A stretch of 63,934 nucleotides of DNA, filler included, from Trypethelium eluteriae (Eukaryota), in NCBI GenBank assembly GCA_051942245.1. It is 3 parts of 3 records of this genome, joined end to end, with 100 filler letters (N's around TTAATTAATTAA, not from the genome) between each part and the next. Parts side by side here need not be neighbours in the genome. Positions count along the whole stretch, not along the records: positions 21,951 to 43,779 come from JAVECL010000459.1; positions 43,880 to 63,934 come from JAVECL010000503.1; 1 more part is not named here. The stretch is one strand, 5' to 3'. This document shows, piece after piece, positions 37,357 to 49,843 of this stretch; positions within the stretch are counted from its first letter, which is position 1, and every line of letters begins with the position of its first letter. Made by a program: the position numbers and the translations under genes. Under the pieces are notes generated by a model, which saw nothing but the letters and a program-made list of their open reading frames with translations, was not told where the DNA came from and did no database searches.

Positions 37357-38241
37357 ATGTCACAAAGATCATCACCACAGTTTAGCTTTCAAGGCAGTCC
37401 CCGTGAAGCGCCAGAAACCTACCAAACAACGCCTATCGCAGGCCAAGGCGAGGCTTGTTCTGATTTCAATGAATATCCTGGCTCAACCGAGGGTGGTCGC
37501 CATATATCTTCTGCCTTACGCTCTCGCTGGTCGAGACCCTTCTCAACTACTGGATATGTGGTTATCAGCTTGGTGCTCATGGCATTCGGAGCCGGTTTGA
37601 CTATGCTGGTCATTTATCTGACGGGTCATTGGGCCAGTAAGGGTACATCTCCTCCAATCTCGATACGTAATCCTCTAGGCAACCCACAAGACGCACCAGA
37701 CATACACACAATACTCTTCGGCTGTCCTGCAGATCTTAATCAGACTCATCATTGCGAACAAATTCCTAATTGGAACGCTAGTCAGGGCGTTCCTGGTCCT
37801 CGCAATCCCATGCTTCCGAACTCTCAAGGTGCAGACCAAGCGCGCTGGTTCGTGAACCATTCCATCGTTGACGACATTGCGAATGTCACAGCTGTCTCGA
37901 AGTATCCACAGACAATCTTCTTTGCGCAATTTACCCAGAATGGATCTGTTGAGAAGATCGAGCCGTCCACGTGGTCTGGGGGCAATCTTCCCCTTGCCAA
38001 CAACAGCCAAGAGAGCATAGGTCCATTCCAAGAGGTCATGCCGTTGACGAGTCCGAGGCCTAGTGAACACGAGCGTCGTGGTGAAGACTTCAGGAAAGAC
38101 CACAACATCTCTGACGACCACATTGCTTCAAATCTCACGGAAGACAAACTTAGCAAGCACCACGGTCATAGACATAATTGCACTGACAAGGATTCCTCGT
38201 CACTTCCCCTGACTAATTCACGCTGGATTCCTCTGATGTAG
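37357..38241 (+). CDS. Orphan single-pass membrane glycoprotein (294 aa; possible extension past TAG to 38292)
   Basis: Long ATG-initiated ORF with one hydrophobic helix (VVISLVLMAFGAGLTMLVIYL) and many N-x-S/T sequons downstream (NQT, NAS, NHS, NVT, NGS, NNS, NIS, NLT, NCT). No family recognised. Confidence 0.6.
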   Translation: MSQRSSPQFSFQGSPREAPETYQTTPIAGQGEACSDFNEYPGSTEGGRHISSALRSRWSRPFSTTGYVVISLVLMAFGAGLTMLVIYLTGHWASKGTSPPISIRNPLGNPQDAPDIHTILFGCPADLNQTHHCEQIPNWNASQGVPGPRNPMLPNSQGADQARWFVNHSIVDDIANVTAVSKYPQTIFFAQFTQNGSVEKIEPSTWSGGNLPLANNSQESIGPFQEVMPLTSPRPSEHERRGEDFRKDHNISDDHIASNLTEDKLSKHHGHRHNCTDKDSSSLPLTNSRWIPLM

Positions 38242-39233
38242 GCATTTACACTCCTCGTGTTGATGTGCTACGCAGCTTTGCTGCTGCATTGAGTAGTGAG
38301 GCTCAAATTTTATGATACAATTATTCGGTCGGTTGCTCTCTGTTTAGAGATGTATATCCTTGACACCTCTCGGCCATTCTTTTTTTTCCTTTGTGAGCTA
38401 GTGATTCTGCGGGCAGAACCTATTGTAATTAGCTTGGGTAGAAGTAAAACCATGACATCAACAACCACCGCATCAGCGACCTTGTTACGGTACTGAAAAG
38501 AGCAGTGCTCATTCTAGCAAGCAGACTATGTCTGCAGAGACCGGTAGTGTCGATAGAGAGGGAGGTAGGCTCAGTCCAAAGGAACTGGCAGCCACCAGGA
38601 GTCAGATCAGAGGCGATCTTTTCCCTAGTTACTTGGTGCATGACTCCTAGTTGCCACTGGGTCCTACAACCGTCTCCTTCTCCGGTTTCTTACTGAGCTC
38701 TAATGAAAGTTGAGTTTGGTTCACTCAACGATTAAGGAGGAATCTTTCTCACAGCTCAGTGACATTAGGACGAAACTTGTCACCTACGGTTGAAATCTTG
38801 CATAAACATAGAGCGCAGAGTCAAGGGAATAGGATCAGAGTGGACCAGGCGATAACAAACTGAAGCGAGATCCAATGGATGTATTAATCCTGCCACTGTT
38901 TCCATAAACATCTGTACTGTGCTCCGTGTCCTAGCTCGTGGGGAGTCGGTAGCATTTTGATATCTAGGAAAGTCTTCCAAGTTAATCGCTCTAATCATCC
39001 AGCCATACATGGTTGCTATCTATTTGAAGGACATCCTTTGAATAAAGCTGATAGCTTGGTAACCATTTTGGCAATCTGAATAGGAAGTCGCGTTTGCGCA
39101 CTGCCGGTTTCCACTAATTTGCGACTCGTAGCTAAGTCATACTATTTCAGTGCCCAGCTTTGTTAGATGAGTAAATGAATAGACAACCCACTCGTGCTGG
39201 CGTAAAGCCGTGTGAATGGCAGCACTCGCTGCT

Positions 39234-40525
39234 TCAGCTGCCGGATGCCTCCCTATAGAAGGAGATGCTTTTGTTCGCGCCGGCAGCAGCAAAACTCTCG
39301 TTTCTTGTACTTGCTGTCTTCGGCAACCATTTCACAGTCCACACTGTCTTGTCCGTCTCGGAGTGTGTCGCGACACAAGCTCGGGTCTCAATGGACCAGA
39401 CTTTGACTTTTCCATCGAATGCTCTAAGAAGAATTAGTCGTTTGAGTGTCATGCAAAATTGAATGATTCGGTTGCAACTCGCCCACTAAGCAGGTACTCT
39501 CCGGTGTCATTGAAGTCGAGAGAGAAAATCCACGCAGCGTGTCCCGTCAGATTCGCAACTTGTTCGCCAGATACCACATCATAAAGAGCGATGACCTGAG
39601 CGTCACCAGCTGCGGCCAAAAGCTTCGATGCGGGTGAGAAAGCGACAGCCCGAACGGGCTTTACAAGACCTGATCTACAGTTAGGCTAGGACTAGGTCGA
39701 TCATGCTAGGAGTGTGACAATGAGACAAACCAGGTAGCGAATGTATCATTCTTCCGGTTTCGTTGCTGAAGATATACACACTCCCGTTCTGGTGACCAGA
39801 AGCCGTAAAACGGCCGTCCAACGACTACAAGGATCCATCAGCGTTCCATCTCTAGACGGCTTTCTTCTGAGCGGTGTTTACCAAGTCGATGCACATGCCA
39901 AAGCTTCCCTTGGTCTCAAACTCTCTGATCTTGGTCCTTTCCGCATTAAGGTCCCAAACATTGATGCGTCCATCATATGCTGTACTTGCGAGGTATTGGC
40001 CATCTTCTGAAAGTGCTATTGCCCATAGTTCGCCAGCTTTATTGCCATCTGTCCATCAATCAGCACTTGATCTCCAGCCTTCGTACCATGAATTTTAAGA
40101 CCTTTTATACTTCCTTCCTCTTCCCAGATTCTCTCGTTTTCCGCCTTCCATATCTTCACTTCTCCCCCAAAGCCTACGCTGGCAGCCTTCTGTGCATGCC
40201 TTGCAGTGGCTATATGATGACAACCAAGATCGTGTACGCCATGTAGTTCTTGGACGAGCGGGAAATCGGGCTGTGTGGTGGAATGAACGCGAAGGGAAGA
40301 AGATCCGGACGCTGAGAAGACTTGAGATGGAGTCACGGCTATCGAGAAAATATCGGTCGGGTGAGCTAGACATTGTCAATTATGCAAAATACGCGGGTAG
40401 ATACTATGGATTGCCTTACCATCGTCGACCGTGTGCGTAGTTAGGTATTGCTTCGACTATCAAGATTGTGAAAATATCTCAGCATGTGGGGCAGAAGTTT
40501 ATTGACACTCCCAGAAACTTACCAT
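39234..40525 (-). CDS. SKI8: WD40 protein Ski8/Rec14, multi-exon
   Basis: An ATG-only first exon, then SKQYLTTHTVDD|AHPTDIFSIAVT, ASVGFGGEVKIW, KPVRAVAFSP, GHAAWIFSLDF, FDGKVKVWSIETRACVATHSE, AGANKSISFYREASGS. Confidence 0.92.
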
Positions 40526-40839
40526 CTTCCAAAGATATCAACCAAGTGACAGAAGCACTAGTATCATTTCAATTCTTAGAAGGGTTTTGGATTTCAGCAG
40601 TGATCTTCACAATTTGTTAGGGATGGTGGCTAAATTCACATCGAGAAGTTCTATTCGATATCATACAAATCAGGTATTCACCACACCTAATCTCGTCCTC
40701 TCTACATAATAAATCTGCCAGTCCCGAAACGCCACTGCAATAATGCTTAGATGTAACAAAGCTTGTATAAGAGGTCCGCTTGATACTGTGGTGTCATTCC
40801 CTCTGAAATGAGAGATTTTGCCATTATCAATTGATCCAT

Positions 40840-41389
40840 TTACCGGTTCTTTGGCCACCATCTCAGGTTCTTGGCACGCTTTCTACTCTGCTCCTCCTCT
40901 TCTCGTTTATCTTTCTTTTCTTTCTGCTCAGCTTCCAATTCAGGAGTTGGCTTCCAATTGTTGCCCCAATATTGACGAATGGCTGAAGGACAGTCAACAT
41001 ACGAAACCCATATTGATTGGGGACTCACTTTGGACGCAATACGGACATAGTGCATGGGCCCTTTTCTGCCTGCCACATCCGGAGCATTTGTTCAATGCTG
41101 TGGCATCCTGCAATGCTTTGCCCGCTAACTGCCTATGTCTTTTCTTGGAGTGTGTTGTTTTCTTCTTCGGTACGGCACGAAGGACTGATTCCCAGATATC
41201 GCGAAGAGTAGATGAGATTCCAGAGCCGATTGCTATCGGAAGAGCGCATGTTGTTTGGAGCAGAGGGAATCTTTGCCATAGGTGTGTTCTGAATGTATGT
41301 GCAGCGGGCTGTAGAGATGCAAAAGCAACAGGAAGGAAGGCGGAGAGGAAATGTGAAGATGGATAGTGTCGCACTGCTGAGAGCGCCAT
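40840..41389 (-). CDS. MRPL32: Mitochondrial ribosomal protein bL32m, 2 exons
   Basis: Presequence-like N-terminus, then WESVLRAVPKKKTTHSKKRHR and zinc ribbon CSGCGRQKRAHALCPYC. Confidence 0.93.
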
Positions 41390-41678
41390 CGCTCGAGAAT
41401 GAGTAGATTCTGTGCTGACTAGTGAGTGATAAGGTATGCGGAGGTTCAGTCTGGAATACAAAAACCCGATATCGAGGGCTTTGATACCTTCCCCAGCTAT
41501 CCTAAAGAGGGATGGCGCATACTGCCCCTTTCCTCCGCAATTCTAGAATTTAGCGTGACCCTCGCCGTAGTAATTCCTCTCGTACGACGACCACAATCTT
41601 CCTATCAAACTCCCCGAGCTCGACTTGTTTGCTTCTTGCAGATCGGCTTTGTCTGACAACCTCCTCTCGTTCACCACA

Positions 41679-42913
41679 ATGGCCACAACCATGAACGCTC
41701 ATTCGCCGCAGTCGGTCTTCCCCAAAAGTCATGTCGGTTTCGACAGCATCACATCTCAGATCGAGAAGAAGCTTCTCAAGCGCGGCTTTCAATTCAATGT
41801 CATCTGTGTCGGTAGGTTGAAGCTATCTTTAAGCAAGCGCAAGCTTCTCGTCGCCATTAACGAACAGTAATAGGCCAGACTGGACTCGGCAAATCTACCC
41901 TCATCAACACGCTCTTCGCATATCATCTCATGGACTCCAAGGGCCGTCTTACTCCAGATGAGCAAATTCGCAGCACCACCGAAATCCAGACCGTCTCCCA
42001 CATCATCGAAGAGAATGGCGTCCGTCTCAGGTTGAACCTGGTCGATACCCCAGGCTACGGCGACCTCATCAACAACGATCGCTGCTGGGATCCCATCGTA
42101 AAGTACATCAAAGATCAGCACTCCGCCTATCTCAGGAAAGAACTTACTGCTCAACGTGAGCGATACATTCAAGATACCCGTATCCACTGCTGTCTCTTCT
42201 TCATCCAACCATCCGGTCACGCGCTCAAGCCAATTGACATTGTTGTGCTGAAGAAGCTTAGTGAGAGCGTGAACGTAGTGCCAGTTATTGCCAAATCGGA
42301 TTCGTTGACTCTAGAGGAACGGCAGGCATTCAAGGACAGAATAAAGGAGGAGTTTGCTTTCCACAACATCCGCATGTATCCTTATGACAATGAGGAGTAC
42401 GACAGTGAAGAGGCCACTATGAACGAGCAGATCAAGGTATGATCGGGATTATATGGTGACGATAAGATCCCCGCTGATCATACTGCAGAGCATTATCCCC
42501 TTTGCCGTTGTTGGCTCTGAGCGGTCGATTGTTGTCAATGGCAAGCAAGTCCGAGGCCGTCAGAATCGCTGGGGAGTCATCAATGGTATGCAGACAAATT
42601 TTGGTTTCCCTTTGTGGCTTTGAAACCAAGCTCTTGAGTTCAACTTCCTTGCCGATTGGTACTGACGAGCTATACAGTCGAAGATGAGAACCACTGCGAA
42701 TTCGTCTACCTCCGGAACTTCCTTACCCGCACCCACTTGCAAGATCTAATCGAAACCACCTCACAGATCCACTACGAATCATTCCGCGCGAAGCAACTAC
42801 TTGCGCTCAAAGAGTCCAGTGCTGTCGGTCACACTGGTAGCAGGCCCATCTCTCCCTCTGCAGACCGGGAGCTTAGCCGCAATAGCCAGCGCATGACCAT
42901 GAACGGGTACTAG
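41679..42913 (+). CDS. CDC10: Septin Cdc10/AspD, 4 exons
   Basis: HVGFDSITSQIEKKLLKRGFQFNVICVGQTGLGKST, DTPGYGD, DTRIHCCLFFI, VIAKSD, PFAVVGS, HCEFVYLRNFL. No C-terminal coiled coil (group 1A septin). Confidence 0.96.
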
Positions 42914-42951
42914 TTTCCCAATTTCTTAAATTCACTTATGAGATGAGGTGT

Positions 42952-42990
42952 GTTGTCGTTGTTGTTGTCGTTGTTGTTGTCGTTGTCGTC
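42952..42990 (+). repeat. Imperfect (GTT/GTC)13 microsatellite in the septin 3' flank
   Basis: gtt gtc gtt gtt gtt gtc gtt gtt gtt gtc gtt gtc gtc read directly from the sequence. Confidence 0.9.
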
Positions 42991-43600
42991 GGCGGTGTTG
43001 GTGTTGAGGAGAGTATTTTTGAGACGGGGCAAGGACGCCATTTGCTGACAGGTTGGTAGTGGCAAGCCTGGCCTTCCTATTCCATGAACAGGCATGCCTG
43101 AACCCCTACAGTTCTTCTTTGCGGGCGAGTCGTGCGTTTGATGTTGTTGGTATCGAACAGTTGAAGCTTTCATGGCAAGGTGGATAGGATGGATAGCAGC
43201 TATTGGAGCATTCTACAGTTTCTAATCGGGCAACCTGCCAGCACAACTTCCTTTCCTTTGCGTCTTCTTTTGCTCTGATTAGCAGGCTTTTGAGAGCATG
43301 GTTGGGCCCAAATCTTCTCTGAGCGATTTTCAGATTTTGTAAGATACCTAATACCAATGCATTTCATTTGCTTCTCGATGTGCGCTCATGAACCGAATAT
43401 CCGATTGGAGATCACCATACTGGATTTTGGGACGAACAGAATCGTTGACGGCCAATATCCATCGGCTCACTCCTCGGTCTTCTGAGCTTGTTGCTCGGTG
43501 ATGTGGCGAGCACGGCGGCCAGCTTTTAGGGCCCCACCATGCCACCTCGACTCCTATCCTCGTCCATCCTCTCACAACAACCCAGGAGCATGGCGCGAAC

Positions 43601-43779
43601 ATGCCTCACTCGCGCAATGCCTCCGCTACGGAACCTGTGAAAGGTCCGCATGCAGTCAGCTTGAAAGTTCTCAGGTACATACGCATCTGCTAGCCCCAAC
43701 TTACTCCTCCGCAAAGGGACCAAACCCATTCCACTGACCTACAAGTCCAGGCTCTCCAAACCCTCCCTAGCAAACCAGT
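43601..43779 (+). CDS. 5' fragment of a TRAPPC13/Trs65 (DUF974) gene, truncated by the gap
   Basis: ATG at 43601; exon 1 plus exon 2 (intron GTACAT...CTGAC...CAG) give MPHSRNASATEPVKGPHAVSLKVLR|LSKPSLANQ, matching the H.vsLKV.RL..P.L N-terminal motif of TRAPPC13. Confidence 0.75.
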
Positions 43780-43879
43780 NNNNNNNNNNNNNNNNNNNNN
43801 NNNNNNNNNNNNNNNNNNNNNNNTTAATTAATTAANNNNNNNNNNNNNNNNNNNNNNNNNNNNNNNNNNNNNNNNNNNN
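43780..43879. other. Artificial contig spacer (N44-TTAATTAATTAA-N44)
   Basis: Same 100-bp construct as at 21851. Confidence 0.98.
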
Positions 43880-46800
43880 CTCCCCGAAGTTATGCAGGCG
43901 TTCTCCGACCAGATAGACCTCATCGCGAATCCTCCTGCGCCATCGCCCAAGCGCCCTGATCAAACCCAACGCACCCCAAGTCCCCATGCAAGCGGCAAGA
44001 GCCACCGGATAGGAAAACCGATACAGCAGGGCCATGGCATCTTCTTCCTGCGGCGCATCCATCTTCGCGGTGGCCATGGATCGTGATTGCGTGGCCGAGA
44101 CGTTCGCGACAGACGCTTTGCTGATGCCGAACCATTTACCCCACCGTTCGAACCAGGTCCAAGCTCTGACGCAAGCCCCGGCGGCAGCTGGGGGTCCAGC
44201 GACGATGATGATGGCAATGATAAGGAGTGGGAGGATGAAGCCTCGTGTGGCTAATGCGACATCAGGGTCCCACCAGCCACGACGGATAACAGCGCGGAGG
44301 GCGCGCCCAGCTCGTGCGGTTGGAAGAGCAAGGAGGATACGGAGTGTGAGGCGGAAATATAGAAGACCAAGTGTCCAGGACTGCAGGATATGGAGGACGT
44401 GAGGAGCGAGAAGTGTAGGGACTTGTGAGGAATCTGGCACAAGTTGGCCCACTGATTGAGTAAAATGACGGCCATCCAAAAGATTGGGAGAGGTGGGAAA
44501 GGTTGTGGAAGTATTGAGAGATATTGAGGTGTTCGATGGTGATGTGCCCAAGGAAGATGGGGCTCGACTGGCTGCCGCGGCGCTATGACTGAGTTGAACG
44601 TAACTGTGAAGGGGAAGGATGAAATAAAGCTCTAGGACCAGAGCAAAGATGCATGGGACGAGGAGAGCGAAAGCCGAGTAGGTGTAAACGACTTTGGCCG
44701 TACGCAACCCGTATGATTTGATCTTCTGCAGCGTCTCTGAAGAGATGGCGTTGCTCTCTCTCAGATGTTTCTTGATGGCATTCAGCCCAGTCCTCGCTTT
44801 AACCAGACTGTATCCCACCCCACCGAGGCTGTAAAGGCCAAAACAAAATGCGTATATATCATTGATCCGTGTAGCGTCATCCAGGCATACCGAGAAGACT
44901 TTTCGACCGAAGAGAAGTGGGACAATCGTGAGTCCAATTCCAGTCACTGCTGCGAAGATCCAGAGACAGCCAATGAAAAGGCCGATGCGAAACCTGAACC
45001 ACGGAGGAATGTAGACTTTCTGGAACTGATCATTTTCTCGTCCATGGATCCCTTCGCCATCTTCAGGCAGGCCATCTAGGCGTTTGTTGTTCTCGTCAAC
45101 TTCCAGAAAGACATCACGACCTTTGGGGATGCGAACTTGGTCTGAAGCAGGCGCACGTACATAGCGGCCGTTTCGCACAAAGTCGACATCAGTTGGAGGT
45201 TCATCAGTATTTTCTTTCCCGTTCTCGCTAGCTGTAGGAGTAGCCACACTTTCCTTCCTGTGAAAAAAGAAGCTTGCCCACGATAATCGGGATGAACGGC
45301 CTTCTTCGTCCTCGTGTTGTTCGCCAAACAGGAAATGCGAGAGTCGCAGCATTCTGGCGCAATGACGAAACCACCATTCATACATTGTATGCAATACCTG
45401 TGATGGCTGAAGAGTCTTCAGAAGTGCTGGGACGAGGAAGTTGTAGAGAAGTAGATCCGTGGGGAATTCGAAGAATGGCTCATTGGCTGACCATCGAATG
45501 GGTAATATGCTATCGAAGGCATATGTCAAGCTCCACACCACTCCACCGAGACAAACAATGACGAGCCCACCATAAACCAGAGCGCTGAAAGTAATCTTGC
45601 GCAGCTGGGTTGATACATTGCGCTCGAGGACATCGCGGACTGGGTGGAATGTTGGATCATCAGGATCGCGAATGAAGTAGAGAACTCCGTTTCGCATAAT
45701 CTTTCGACACATTGAGACGAAGAGCGCAAAATGGAACATGTAACATGTCCCGATGAACCAATGCACGAACCCAGAGGTCCAGGGCGATCCCAAGGTCCAA
45801 TCGACTCTCGACAACACAGTTGCATCTTCGCATAATGGCAGAAGTGCAACGTCGAGCAGAATACCACAATATAGCGGAAACACGATCATTTCAATGCTAA
45901 TGATGAAGATCACTTTCATGACACCGCCAGCTTGCTGAAGAATCTCCGTGATCATTCCCTCAATCTTGCGGCCTTGTTGTGAGGTAGTAAAATACCGGTT
46001 CCGCTTCAAGTAAAGAGCCCCGGCAAGGGCGAAGAACCCGTAACCAGCCAGAACAGCGAGTAAACGATCCGTAGCGCTCCAGTACGCCAGTGAAGTATCT
46101 ATTGGCTCATGAACGACCGCCAGCTCTTCACTCCCATTCGGCGTCATTGTCTTCATTGAAAGAAATAGGTCAAGAATTGAATGTATGCCTTCACGAACCC
46201 ATGCCGCACCCTCGTTGGCAAGGTAGAGACAGACCTCTGGGGTATGCAGCCATCCTTGCCGGAATGTCTCCACAACCCCAACGTCTGCTAGACTGCGACA
46301 GAAGGCGACAACAGCAGTGAGTAACAACGACAGAATTCCGCGAAGCTCGCCCTGGATGCTACGCAAAGCAGCATGGGACTTGAGTGACAAATGAAGATAG
46401 TCAGCATCAAAGGAGAGACCGGCAGAGAGGAAAAGGATCGCAATCCTGTCTAGAGCGTGTTCCCCTACGGAGCTCCCATAGGCAGCAATACTATTGAAAA
46501 CCTGGTAGTCAGAATTGAAGACCGGAATGATCCATCCCAGGGCAAGGAAAAGGATTCGAGTAGCCTTCATTCCCCAATGAAGGACACTACCTCCAAAGAA
46601 TAAGCACGTATCCGCAACGAAATCTGTGACGCCAGACACGATGGCCACCGGGAGTCGAAATAGGAGGGAGATCGGACTTCCGATGAACATAATGACCAGT
46701 TTTCCCCAAAGGTAAGGAAACCACACTGCACCGGCAACGGTCGCAGAAATGAGGAAAGCCCCAAACATGGCATTTTGAACCAGTCCAGTCAAAGGACCTT

Positions 46801-49255
46801 GCATACCAATGAGCTCCATGATACCCTCCAGATCCTCTGCGTCTTCTACGGCAGCAGGGTCAGGGTCCACACCCGCTTGTTGCGCAGCGGCAAGGACCTC
46901 TGGATCCTGGCCCCCGTCTTCAATATTGCCTTGTGCATGAGCCGCATGGACATGAGGAGCAGGTTGACCGTCAACCACGTGAACAAAATTTTCCGGTTCG
47001 TCGTTGTTGCCTTCGTCCAGAAGTTCTTCGTCATCTTGTGCAGGAGCCTGTGCTGCGGGCTCTGCTGGAGCTGCGTCACCCCAAAGCCAATCAAGCAATT
47101 GGTCAAGCCAAGTGTTTCCTTCGATTGCGTTGCCGGCCTGAGCCTGTGGTGTGTCAGCCTCAGCGCGAGGATCCTCATCAAGGTCAGGAGGATGAACAAC
47201 GTTCTCATCCGCATTCGGTAATTCACCCTGGAATTCAGGATGGAATGGATTTGTTGTGGGACTGTCTTCTGTTTCTTCGTTGTCATCCGTTGCGTCTGCA
47301 TCCACGCCCTCATTTGCATTACTTTGACCTGGATCTGAGGGTACGACGGTTCCTTCTGTCTCATCAGAGGTATCTACAATCTTGTTTTTGCCTTTGAGAT
47401 TAGGTGACGGAAGAAGAGATGACTGATACTCCTTCTCAAGCGGATGCTTTTGAGTTGCCGAGGCTGCATTCTTTTCGTTCTCTGAGCTAGACAAGTGCTG
47501 CCAGCTCTCACTACTTTCTTCGCTTGTGTCCTCGCTCAACGAATCATCCTTCTTCGATGCCTCTTCAAGCGCTTTACCAGAACTCCGACTGCCGCCAACT
47601 TCTTCTATCCCACGCATTACGGCCGTCGCCATGAATGATTGATCTCGTGACGGCATTTGCGGTCTTGAGCGAGAGCCTTCCCTGAAATGCGTAGATTCAC
47701 TGCGCTTGCTTTCCCAAGACTTGAATTCTGCATTGATCTTTTCTGGTGTCCACAGCGAGTGTTTTTCTTGCACTTGGCGCAGGGCCTCTGTCCGATCTTC
47801 GGGGGTTAATCTGTCGAAGATAGCCCGTGCATCATCCATACGGGATTCCCTGACAGCCCTCAAAAATTCCGGCGGCAGTGATGTTGTGACTTCAAGATCT
47901 TTCCAAAGTACATCGGAAAAGTCTTGAGACGATTCGCCACCAGCTTGCTGATCTCCAGTCTCGCTTGTATTGAGCCCTGATACTGACCGAGCTTGTCTTT
48001 CGGATGGTCTGTCTTCGGCATCTTCAGCATCCTCGACATCGCCGCTCCTACTGGAAGATGTGGAACTACCGGCAGTCGGACTCCCAGCAGCCGTGTCGTG
48101 CTCTTGTCCTGTTCCAAAGATTATTTCTTCATTCATTGGTGGGATGTGTGGAGGCACCGGAAGAGCAAGACCTCGTCTTCCATCGCCCTGCTCACGTGGA
48201 TCTTCGCCACCCGCTACAGGTTGCTGTGGTCCTCTTCTAGCATTCTGGGCATTCAGAGCAGCCATGTTGATAACGGGCTGTTGTTGCACGACCCATTCGC
48301 GAATTAGGAATATCAAGATAAAGGCAATCAGGACGAAAAGAGTAATAATTTGACCCTCCAATACATCAAGTATTAAGCGATTTAAAGCAGGCGAGGGAGT
48401 TATGGCGCTGAAGAAAGGGATGCCAGATAGGAGGGAATGCTGCATCTGAGCGGTGAGCCTATCACCTGAAGCATAAAACGAAGTTGTATTTGTCCCATTG
48501 ATATCAGACGACGCGGGAGCTAGACCTCCGGGTTCGAGGACGAAGCGTTTCAGGAATGAAAATCCGATCGGCTCGACCCTGCTAAGGTTCAAGGCGAGTG
48601 AGATTGACGATGATAGGTACGAAGGCATCCTTCCTGTCGATGAATTGGTGACCTCTGCAGCTGTTACTCTAGCGGAGCTATTGTATTCTCTTAGCAAATC
48701 TGCAATAAACTGTGTCAAGTTTTGACGTCCCCGTGGCCCAGTAGAGTCCAGATGAGCGATTGCGGTCAGATCTCGCGCCCATCCACCATCGCCAATCCAG
48801 AAAAGGCCCCTCCAGACAAAACGCATACACCATGGTAGCCAAAGAAGCCACACAGACACGACCAAGAGTCCTCTACACCAAGTCAAGAATTGTCGCACGC
48901 AGTGAATGGCGGCTCGGTGTAAGAAGATTGTGGTGGGTATGGTTTCAGGCATTTGTGGATGATAGAGCTTTGTAAAGCGGAACGGAGTCTTGCACAGCTC
49001 GCAGTGCTTCTTGTGGGAATGCGATAGCCATTCCATCAGACAGTCCTGGTGGACGAATTTGATGCTGCCACTGCATTTGCAAGGGTAGAACAGAGGTTCA
49101 TCATCCGTACCTTCCCCTCTACATATTCGACATGTGTCTGGATCTTCCGAGCTCTTCTCATCCTTTGGAGCATTTGTAGCGTATGCAGGGTCATTCATTA
49201 CGTCTGGAGCTTGGTCGGCCTTTATGGGCTGTTCGGGCTCGCCGGGTGAAGCCAT
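43880..49255 (-). CDS. DOA10: ERAD E3 ubiquitin ligase Doa10/Ssm4 (MARCHF6), intronless, extreme 3' end lost in the gap
   Basis: RING-CH CRICRGE..LFYPCKCSGSIKFVHQDCLMEWL..CELCK. TD-domain IEMIVFPLYCG and GVLYFIRDPDDPTFHP. C-terminal element IRDEVYLVGERLHNFGE. Confidence 0.97.
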
Positions 49256-49843
49256 CTTCTGTAGAGGAGTTGTCGGTTATGTCGTGAGATTTCGTCGTGA
49301 ATGTCAGGGGAGGAAATGTGGTGAAGGGTACACGTTGGGAATTCAGCGCTGATCGGCCATTAAGAAGGCTTGCGACGCTCGGCGAGGTCGCTTTGCTGCA
49401 GACTCACGAAGCGGAGTGATGGCCAGGGCAATTAGGTAGGTGACTCTGATAGCAGGAACAAGAGTGACCGGTTACCTAGGTGGGTATATCCGGTTCGGAA
49501 TCACGTGTGAGAGGTCAAGGTTGTGCTTGTTTCAAGAGACTGGCGGTACGCTGGATCTCATAACCCTTGCGAGTCCATAAAGTCAAGGAGTTGGAGAAGT
49601 TGGAGATTAGTTCCACCAAGCACGCGACTTGTGCAGTTGAGGATTGATACTCCGTCGTACCGTAGAGACGGGAGGGCGAACCGGCGCCCGATGACGTTGT
49701 AGCTCGCTTCTTGCCTAGCGCCTCAGAACCTTGGTCTTCTTGCTCTGGACGGAGTACATCTTGCCGCTGTTTACATATCATCACTCTCTTCCCTCTCTCT
49801 TCCTCTCTTCCCACCTCTTTTGGAACCGAGGGCCTTCGCAGTC

